From positions 1-36,485 of the forward strand of contig JBOHJU010000001.1 in assembly GCA_050728755.1 (NCBI GenBank): 36,485 nucleotides of DNA, written 5' to 3'. Made by a program: the position numbers and the translations under genes. This document shows, piece by piece, positions 29,405-36,485 of the stretch. Under the pieces are notes generated by a model, which saw nothing but the letters and a program-made list of their open reading frames with translations, was not told the DNA's origin and made no database searches. The number at the start of each line of letters is the position of its first letter. Within the stretch, counting starts at the first letter, position 1. This DNA is from Methylocella sp. Lineage in GTDB: Bacteria > Pseudomonadota > Alphaproteobacteria > Rhizobiales > Beijerinckiaceae.

Positions 29405-29631
29405 CGGAAATTTCTTTCGAGGGTCTATGGAATCCAAGTTTCTACCTCGCATTAGGGCCAGTCAAGGAATAGTTGAATCTGGTTTGATCGAACAAAAACA
29501 CATGAGGATTGCCTCTGGATAGAGGCCGCGGCCTGCTTCCCGCCATCAGCGGGTTTGGCCACGCGCCGCGCGCTTCGCCGGCGAGCCGGCTTTCAATGCC
29601 GGGGCCAGAATGCGGCTTTCCAGTCCGCTCG

Positions 29632-31062
29632 TCATCGCACGAGAACATTCTTGAATTGCCAGGGATCCGCCGTGTCGATGTCTTCGGGAAACAGGATCGC
29701 GCGGCTTTCGAGCGGAGTCCAATCCGTATAGTGCCCCGTCACCGGGCCAAGGTAAGGGAGCTGCACGTCAAGGCAGCGGCGGTAGTCGAGCTCGTCGGCC
29801 TCGACAATGCCCGCTCGCGGATTTTCGAGTGCCCACACCATGCCGGCAAGCACGGCGGAGGTCACCTGAAGCCCCGTCGCATTCTGATAAGGGGCGAGGC
29901 GCCGCGTCTCCTCGATCGAAAGCCGCGAGCCATACCAATAGGCATTCTTCGCGTGGCCATAAAGCAGCACGCCGAGCTCGTCGATCCCATCCGCAATCTC
30001 GTTCTCGTCGAGAATGTGGGACTTTTCCTGCGGCTGCCATTGGCGCCCCGCCATCTCGTCGAGCGACAGCACGGCATCGTCGGCCGGGCGGTAGGCGTAA
30101 TGGCACGTTGGCCGGTACACGACCTCTTCGCCCTCGCGAAGGGTCAGGAAATCCGCGATCGAGATCGACTCATTATGGGTGATGAGCCAGCCGTGCTGCG
30201 CCTTGGCCGCAGGTGTCCAGGACCGTACCCTTGTGCCCGCGCCCGGACGCAGCAAATAGATCGCGCAATCGGGTCCAAAAGCGTGCCGTTTTGCTTCCGG
30301 CGGCAGATGCTTTTCATGCGTTCCCCAGCCGAGCTCGGCGGGCTGGAGACCTTCCGAAATAAAGCCCTCGACCGACCAGGTGTTGACGAACACGCCGCGC
30401 GGCTTCGGCGCCGACGCGCGTTGGGTATCACATTCGGCGATGTGGATGCCTTTGACGCCTGTTTTCTGCGCGAGCCGCGCCCAATCTTCGCGCGAGGAAG
30501 GCTGCCCGGAACCGATCCCGCAATCGGCGGCGACATTTAAAAGCGCCTGCTTGACGAGCCAGGAGACCATGCCCGGATTGGCGCCGCAGCAGGAGATCGC
30601 TGTAGGTCCCACGCCGAGCGTGCGCCGCAAATCTAGGATGCCTTCGCGCAGCGCGTAGTTGGACCGCTCGGACGCGGTTAGCCGCGGATCGGTATAAAAT
30701 CCAACCCAAGGTTCGGCTACAGTGTCGATGTAAAGCGCGCCAAGCTCGTGGCAGAGCCGCATGACCGCGACCGAGGACACCTCGACGGAGAGATTGACGA
30801 CAAAGGCCTGGCCAGCACCTTGCGTGAGAAGCGGCCTCAAGATTGCCGCGAAATTGTCAGCGGTGAGACCCCTGTTGGCGAAAGCTACTCCCCGGGCATC
30901 GAGAAGGTGGCGGTCCTTATCCTCGGGGTCGATGACCGTGAAGCGCGATTTATCGAACTTAAAATGACGTTCGATAAGCGGCAGCACGCCGCGCCCGATT
31001 GAGCCAAAACCGATCATGACAATTGGACCTGAAATCGTGCCGTGCACGGGCCATCGCGCCAT
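29632..31062 (-). CDS. hss: Homospermidine synthase
   Basis: IGFGSIG, CCGANPGMVS, NTWSVEGF, RPTCHYAY, QNATGLQV and DPWQF motifs. Confidence 0.95.
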   Translation of the reverse strand: MARWPVHGTISGPIVMIGFGSIGRGVLPLIERHFKFDKSRFTVIDPEDKDRHLLDARGVAFANRGLTADNFAAILRPLLTQGAGQAFVVNLSVEVSSVAVMRLCHELGALYIDTVAEPWVGFYTDPRLTASERSNYALREGILDLRRTLGVGPTAISCCGANPGMVSWLVKQALLNVAADCGIGSGQPSSREDWARLAQKTGVKGIHIAECDTQRASAPKPRGVFVNTWSVEGFISEGLQPAELGWGTHEKHLPPEAKRHAFGPDCAIYLLRPGAGTRVRSWTPAAKAQHGWLITHNESISIADFLTLREGEEVVYRPTCHYAYRPADDAVLSLDEMAGRQWQPQEKSHILDENEIADGIDELGVLLYGHAKNAYWYGSRLSIEETRRLAPYQNATGLQVTSAVLAGMVWALENPRAGIVEADELDYRRCLDVQLPYLGPVTGHYTDWTPLESRAILFPEDIDTADPWQFKNVLVR

Positions 31063-31154
31063 CGGTCTTTACTCCAAAATGGCCGGGTGAATGCGGGTCC
31101 AGCGGTACAAGAAGGCGCCGCAAGCTTCAAGCCATCGGCCGCCGCTGCCCGGCA

Positions 31155-32741
31155 TCAAAACGCCAGTGCCTTGGCCTCCTTTACGCCAGGCAGCGTCTCG
31201 ATTTCGGCAAGCACCTTTTCCGGGACTGGGCCGTCCACCTCGACGAGCGCGATCGCGGAGCCGCCTTCGCGGTCGCGGCCGAGCGCGAATGTCGCGATAT
31301 TGATCGCGGCATTGCCGAGAAGGCTCGCGAAACGGCCGATGAAACCCGGCTTATCTTCATTGCTGACATAAATCATCACGGGCGCGACCAGCGCGTCGAC
31401 TGCGATCCCATTGATCGAAACGATGCGCGGCTTTCCATTGTGAAAAACAGTGCCGGAGACCGAGCGCTCGTTTTTTTGCGTTGCGACCGACAGGGTGATG
31501 AGCGATTGGTAATCGGCGTCGGCGGCGCGGGTTACTTCGTCGATCGCGATGCCCCGCTCCTTTGCCACGCCTGGCGCGGAAACGATGTTGACGTCCGCGA
31601 GCAGGGGCCGCAAAAGTCCGGCGATTGCTGATGCGGTCAACGCTTTCGTGTTCAATCCGGCCGCCTCGCCCTCATAGGTGATCGCCACCCTTTTAATCCC
31701 GCACTCGACGAACTGCCCGGCAAACGAACCGAGGCGGCCGGCGAGCGCGATGAAGGGCATGAGTTTGGGGGCTTCCTCGGCGCTGATCGAAGGAAAGTTG
31801 ATCGCGTTCGCAATCGCGCCGCGGAGCAGATAATCCGACATCTGCGCGGCGACTTGTAGCGCGACGTTTTCTTGCGCCTCGCCGGTCGCAGCGCCAAGAT
31901 GCGGAGTGCAGACCGCATTTGGATGGCCAAAAAGTGGATTTCCGGTTGCCGGTTCGTGCGCGAATACGTCGAACGCCGCGCCCGCCACATGGCCGCTGTC
32001 CAGGAGCGCGCGCAAGGCCCGTTCGTCGGCAAGTCCCCCGCGCGCGCAATTGACAATCCGCACTCCTTTCTTGGTCTTGGCGAGATTTTCCGCCGACAAA
32101 ATGTTTTTGGTCTGCGCCGTCAAGGGCGTGTGCAACGTGATGAATTCCGCGCGGCCAAGCAGAGTTTGGAGATCAACTTTCTCGACGCCGAGATCGAGGG
32201 CGCGTTCTGGCGAGAGATATGGATCGTAGGCGATGACACGCATATGCAAGCCTATCGCGCGCTCGGCGACGATCGACCCGATAGTGCCGCAGCCGATGAT
32301 GCCGAGCACCTTGCCGGTGATCTCGACACCCATAAAACGGCTCTTTTCCCATTTGCCGGCCTTCGTCGACAAATCGGCCTGCGGAATTTGGCGGGCGAGC
32401 GCGAACATCAATGCGATCGCATGTTCGGCGGTGGTGATCGAATTGCCAAACGGCGTATTCATCACGATAACGCCTTTCGCAGTAGCGGCGGGAACGTCGA
32501 TATTGTCGATGCCGATTCCCGCGCGGCCGATCACTTTCAGCCTCGCCGCGCGCTCGAGAAGCTTGGCGGTGACCTTCGTTGCCGAGCGAATGGCAAGGCC
32601 GTCAAAACCGCCGATGACGCTGGCGAGCTTTTCCTTGTCTTTGCCGAGGGACGGCTGAAAATCGGCTTCGACGCCGCGCTCCTTGAAAATGGCGACGGCG
32701 GCGGGCGACAAGGCATCGGAAATCAATACGCGCGGAGCCAA
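31155..32741 (-). CDS. serA: D-3-phosphoglycerate dehydrogenase
   Basis: IGRAGIGIDN, NTPFGNSITTAEH, VNCARGG, TPHLGA and a C-terminal ACT domain. TTG start at 32741 behind AGGAG. Confidence 0.95.
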   Translation of the reverse strand: MAPRVLISDALSPAAVAIFKERGVEADFQPSLGKDKEKLASVIGGFDGLAIRSATKVTAKLLERAARLKVIGRAGIGIDNIDVPAATAKGVIVMNTPFGNSITTAEHAIALMFALARQIPQADLSTKAGKWEKSRFMGVEITGKVLGIIGCGTIGSIVAERAIGLHMRVIAYDPYLSPERALDLGVEKVDLQTLLGRAEFITLHTPLTAQTKNILSAENLAKTKKGVRIVNCARGGLADERALRALLDSGHVAGAAFDVFAHEPATGNPLFGHPNAVCTPHLGAATGEAQENVALQVAAQMSDYLLRGAIANAINFPSISAEEAPKLMPFIALAGRLGSFAGQFVECGIKRVAITYEGEAAGLNTKALTASAIAGLLRPLLADVNIVSAPGVAKERGIAIDEVTRAADADYQSLITLSVATQKNERSVSGTVFHNGKPRIVSINGIAVDALVAPVMIYVSNEDKPGFIGRFASLLGNAAINIATFALGRDREGGSAIALVEVDGPVPEKVLAEIETLPGVKEAKALAF

Positions 32742-32925
32742 GGGCCTTCTCCTGGAACAGGATCGAGCGAAAGCGAAAACCGGCAGCGCTGGATCATCAG
32801 GATGCGCGAGCAACGGCTTTAGATCGTGACGCGAATAAATCAGATCAAGATCTAGCGTGGCCGGATTCTACTCTGCCTCGGCTTGGTAATCCTATTTTCG
32901 CGGGATAATTGCATCGGCGCCGCGT

Positions 32926-34098
32926 TTACGCCGCCTTGGCGAGATCGGCCTTGATTTTCCCGAAAGCGAAATCGAGCCAGGGCGTCAGTGCCTCGATATC
33001 GATTGTCTCGACGGTCGCGCCACACCAGATCCGAAGGCCTGGCGGCGCATCGCGGTAGGCGCCGATGTCGAAAGCCACCTTTTCCTTTTCGAGTAAATTT
33101 TCGAGCGATTTGGCGAAAGCGGCCTGGCCCGCCGGCGCGAGCGCCGCGACAGCCGAATCGACCAATTTGAGGCAGACGCTGGTATTCGATCTGATCTTTG
33201 GGTCGGCGGCGAGGAAATCCACCCACGGCGTCCGCGCCACCCAGTCGCCGAGCGCTTTCGAATTGGCATTTGCGCGCCCAATGAGAGCATCGAGTCCGCC
33301 AAGCGATTTTGCCCAATTCAAGGCGTCGATATAATCCTCGACGCACATGAGCGAAGGCGTGTTGATGGTTTCGCCCGCGAAAATCGCTTCGATCAATTTG
33401 CCGCCACGGGTTAAACGGAAAAGTTTTGGCAACGGCCAGGGCGGCGTATAGGACTCCAATCTTTCCACGGCGTGGGGAGAAAGAACCAACATGCCGTGCG
33501 CGGCCTCGCCGCCGAGCGCCTTCTGCCATGAAAAAGTGGTGGCATCGAGCTTTCCCCAATCGAGTTTTTGGGCGAAAGCGGCCGACGTCGCGTCGCAGAT
33601 CGTAAGGCCCTTGCGATCGGCTGCGATCCAATCGGCATTGGGAACACGCACTCCGGACGTCGTTCCATTCCAGGCGAAGATAATGTCATTGCCGAAATCG
33701 GCGCGGGCGAGATCGGCGATCTCGCCGTAGTTCGCGACAAACGCTCTGGCGTTCTTGAGTTTCAAATGCTGGACAATATCCTCGACCCACCCCGCGCCGA
33801 ACGCTTCCCAGGCGAAGACATCGACCCCGCGCTGGCCGAGCAAGGACCAAAGCGCCGCCTCGATAGCGCCGGTATCCGAGCCAGGGACGATGCCAATTCG
33901 ATAATCGTGCGGAACCCGCAAAACCTCGCGGGTCAAATCGATCGCGAGCTTTAATTTGGCCTTGCTGGCCTTGGCCCGGTGCGAGCGGCCGAACGGGGCA
34001 TCTTGCAGATTTTGGAGTTGCCAGCCGGGGTGTTTTGCGCATGGGCCGCAAGAAAAATTTGGACGCGCGGGCCGCCGGGCGGGAAACGCAGCCACCAT
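32926..34098 (-). CDS. serC: Phosphoserine aminotransferase (alphaproteobacterial type)
   Basis: [42 protein letters not shown] and PPGLRIWCG motifs. ATG 34098 behind GGAGG. Confidence 0.95.
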   Translation of the reverse strand: MVAAFPARRPARPNFSCGPCAKHPGWQLQNLQDAPFGRSHRAKASKAKLKLAIDLTREVLRVPHDYRIGIVPGSDTGAIEAALWSLLGQRGVDVFAWEAFGAGWVEDIVQHLKLKNARAFVANYGEIADLARADFGNDIIFAWNGTTSGVRVPNADWIAADRKGLTICDATSAAFAQKLDWGKLDATTFSWQKALGGEAAHGMLVLSPHAVERLESYTPPWPLPKLFRLTRGGKLIEAIFAGETINTPSLMCVEDYIDALNWAKSLGGLDALIGRANANSKALGDWVARTPWVDFLAADPKIRSNTSVCLKLVDSAVAALAPAGQAAFAKSLENLLEKEKVAFDIGAYRDAPPGLRIWCGATVETIDIEALTPWLDFAFGKIKADLAKAA

Positions 34099-34107
34099 TA
34101 TGACCAT

Positions 34108-34146
34108 CCTCCCCGAGGGGCGCCCTTCGTTGGGGAAGGGTGCCCC
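34108..34146 (-). ncRNA. serC-leader-like cis-regulatory RNA
   Basis: Minus strand GGGGCACCCTTC-CCCAAC-GAAGGGCGCCCCTCGGGGAGG: a hairpin plus a second short stem (CCC-CTCG-GGG) overlapping the Shine-Dalgarno. Position and layout match the serC element described for alphaproteobacterial serC-serA operons. Confidence 0.65.
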
Positions 34147-34391
34147 AAGGTTTTGGGTACGCCGGGCGGCCGGCTTGGTCAAGCCGCGTTCGAGGGCCGC
34201 GCCACCGCATAGGCAAAAAAGAACCCCGCGCGCGGCTGGCGCCCTCTTTGGACGCCCGCGTACCGAGACCACGCCCGCACGGCCGCGAAAATTCAGATCA
34301 AGATATCTTAGATATCTTACTGGCGGGTTGCCGCGCCGGCGCCGGAAAGCTAGGTTGCGGTCCTTATCTTCGGTCAAAACGGTTTGCCGAC

Positions 34392-34976
34392 GTGCCCCCA
34401 AGCGTTGTCGCGTTCCTCTTCGGCTATGTTTGCGGCGCGATCCCGTTCGGCCTCATTTTGACGCGCGCCACAGGTACCACGGACCTTCGCGCGATCGGCT
34501 CCGGCAATATCGGCGCGACCAATGTTTTGCGCACCGGCCGCAAGGACTTGGCCGCGCTGACCCTTCTCCTCGATCTTTTAAAGGGCACCGTCGCCGTTTT
34601 GATCGTTGCCCGTTTCGCGCCGGGCACCCCCATGCTCTTCGCCGCATGCGGCGCTTTCCTTGGCCATTTGTTTCCGGCCTGGATAGGGTTTAGGGGCGGC
34701 AAAGGGGTCGCGACCTTTCTTGGCGGTCTTCTCGCCGCCGCCTGGCAGGCGGGCCTGGCCTTCGGCATCGTCTGGCTCGCGGTCGCGGTCCTCACCCGCA
34801 CCTCCTCGGCCGCGGCACTCGCGGCGAGCGCGCTGACGCCAATCGTACTCTTGATCCTCGGCCGGAGCGATGCCGCGCTCATGTTCGGGCTCATGGCGAT
34901 CCTTTTGTGGGTCAAACATCGCGCCAATATTGCGCGGCTCGCCGCGGGCACGGAATCGCGGATTGGGATGAGTTGA
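34392..34976 (+). CDS. plsY: Glycerol-3-phosphate acyltransferase
   Basis: GYxxGx[40 protein letters not shown] and KHRANI motifs. Start approximate (GTG 34392). Confidence 0.93.
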   Translation: MPPSVVAFLFGYVCGAIPFGLILTRATGTTDLRAIGSGNIGATNVLRTGRKDLAALTLLLDLLKGTVAVLIVARFAPGTPMLFAACGAFLGHLFPAWIGFRGGKGVATFLGGLLAAAWQAGLAFGIVWLAVAVLTRTSSAAALAASALTPIVLLILGRSDAALMFGLMAILLWVKHRANIARLAAGTESRIGMS

Positions 34977-36274
34977 TGCAGGATATCTCGCTTGCCCCAG
35001 AGGCGCTCGGCCCGCTCGACGACGGCGAGCGCTTCGACTGGCTGCGGCTCCTGCGCTGCGAAAACATAGGACCCCGGACATTTCAAGTCCTGCTGCGCCG
35101 CCATGGGAGCGTCGGCGCGGCGCTCGCGGCCTTGCCAGCCCTAATCGCGAGCGGCAAGCCGATCCGCATCGCAACCGTCGAAGAGACCGGGCGGGAGATC
35201 GAAGCGGCGTACCGCGTGGGCGCGCGTTTCATTGGCATCGGCGAGCCGGATTATCCGGCGCTTCTGCGGGCCACCGCCTCCGCCCCGCCCTTGATCTCTC
35301 TGCGGGGCAATCTTTCGAGCCTGCGGCGCTCTAAAATCGCGATCGTCGGTGCCCGCAATGCGTCGGCGGCCGGGCTCGCCTTCACATCGCAGCTTGCACG
35401 CGGAATTGCCCGCGCCGGGCATCTCATCGTGTCCGGCCTCGCGCGCGGGATCGACGCGCGGGCGCATCAGGCGGCAATCGAGACCGGGACGATCGCGGTC
35501 CTCGCGGGCGGTTTGGGTAATGTCTATCCGGCCGAACATAAAGCCCTGCTTGAGCGGCTCCTCGAACAAGGCGCTGCGATCAGCGAAATGCCGTTCGGCT
35601 GGGAGGCGCGGGGGCGCGATTTTCCGCGCCGCAACCGGATTGTCGCGGGCCTTTGCCGGGCGGTCGTCGTTGTCGAGGCGGCGCGCCGGTCCGGGTCTCT
35701 CATCACCGCGAAATTCGCCGCCGAGGAGGGACGGGAGGTCTTTGCCGTGCCGGGTTCGCCGCTCGATCCGCGCGCGGAAGGCGCCAACGATCTTTTGCGC
35801 GACGGCGCGACGTTTTGCATCAGAGCTGAGGATATCATTGACGCGCTGGCGGAGCAAAAGCTCCCGCATACACAACCGGCAGCCGGTTTTTTCGAGCCCA
35901 GTCTCGTAGGCCCTGGGTATGAGCCGCTTTGGGACGAGCTCGATCTTCCCGACGTGGGCGCTGCGCCTTTTGGGCCGCCCGCCAATCCGGAGGATGGCGC
36001 GTCGCCACACATGCGCGGCGGGGCCGCGGCTGCGCCGGTGGCGACGCCGCCCGAGCGGCCGCGGGAAAACATTGAGCGGCGCCTCATCGCGCTTTTGGGA
36101 CCGGTGCCGGTTTCGGTTGACGAACTTGCCCGCGCGTCGGAGGCGCCGACGCGGGAGGTGCGGACCGTCTTGCTCGGGCTGAAGCTTGCCGGACGGATCG
36201 AATGGCATGGCGGCGATCTCGTTTCGTCCTTGCCCGCATCCTGGCCGCGTGCCAACGACCACGAAGATTGTTGA
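34976..36274 (+). CDS. dprA: DNA-processing protein DprA/Smf
   Basis: AIVGARNAS, VSGLARGID, FPRRNRIVAG, VVEAARRSGSLITA and FAVPGSPLD motifs, with a C-terminal winged helix; TGATG overlap with plsY. Confidence 0.95.
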   Translation: MQDISLAPEALGPLDDGERFDWLRLLRCENIGPRTFQVLLRRHGSVGAALAALPALIASGKPIRIATVEETGREIEAAYRVGARFIGIGEPDYPALLRATASAPPLISLRGNLSSLRRSKIAIVGARNASAAGLAFTSQLARGIARAGHLIVSGLARGIDARAHQAAIETGTIAVLAGGLGNVYPAEHKALLERLLEQGAAISEMPFGWEARGRDFPRRNRIVAGLCRAVVVVEAARRSGSLITAKFAAEEGREVFAVPGSPLDPRAEGANDLLRDGATFCIRAEDIIDALAEQKLPHTQPAAGFFEPSLVGPGYEPLWDELDLPDVGAAPFGPPANPEDGASPHMRGGAAAAPVATPPERPRENIERRLIALLGPVPVSVDELARASEAPTREVRTVLLGLKLAGRIEWHGGDLVSSLPASWPRANDHEDC

Positions 36275-36345
36275 GGACGCCATTCGCGGTTATTGCTTTA
36301 AGACCAGTTCTTGTCCAAAGGAGACCCCTAGTCGCCCGCTTCACC

Positions 36346-36485
36346 TAGACCGGGATGAATTTAGGTTGAAGCGTACCCGGCATGCGCGAGGTATCCCTGG
36401 CACTCGTCTGGTTTGAAGCAGTCGAGCAATTGGCCGAGGCGTTTCCATGTCGTGTCAAAGGTTCGTTCTGCGGCTTTGCGCATTA
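36346..36485 (-). mobile_element. IS630-family element end with transposase C-terminus (continues beyond the window)
   Basis: Minus strand reads MRKAAERTFDTTWKRLGQLLDCFKPDECQGYLAHAGYAST* (stop 36361-36363), a typical IS630 transposase tail. Probable terminus TA-GACCGGGATGAATTTAGG at 36346. Confidence 0.82.

Noticed and set aside
32742..34401. N-terminal extensions of serA (to 32813), serC (to 34401) and plsY (from 34140)
   Set aside because: serA and serC have downstream starts with clear RBS motifs, and the serC and plsY extensions overlap each other and the leader RNA.

Overview
GC-rich alphaproteobacterial chromosome segment. Gene content and repeat style suggest Rhizobiales, possibly Beijerinckiaceae (inference only). 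The backbone is housekeeping: mccB (partial), ivd, dapE, a secreted cyclase-family protein, glcEF, prfC, trmB, a GT2 membrane glycosyltransferase, a UPF0173-like hydrolase, hss, serA, serC (with a serC-leader-like RNA), plsY and dprA. Accessory patches interrupt it: (i) an IS5 remnant and a transketolase remnant ahead of gnd-zwf-HAD-amylo-alpha-1,6-glucosidase, sitting where glcD would normally precede glcEF; (ii) a solitary AIPR-like (ParB/Srx-fold) candidate defence gene; (iii) a 1.6-kb Crp/Fnr + hypothetical cassette bracketed by a duplicated 3' end of the GT2 gene; (iv) a TPR protein with 47-aa repeats; (v) a GT4 / UDP-glucuronate decarboxylase / GT2 trio; (vi) the end of an IS630 element at the right edge. 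Items missing from the ORF track that I read by hand include mccB, a 44-aa single-TM protein, the tkt, IS5 and IS630 fragments, and RIME/MITE-like repeats. No CRISPR array, rRNA or tRNA was seen. I cannot establish a complete new multi-gene system here. The best leads are the GT2-anchored cassette, the orphan AIPR gene and the small membrane protein. All family assignments come from motif recognition, with no database search.
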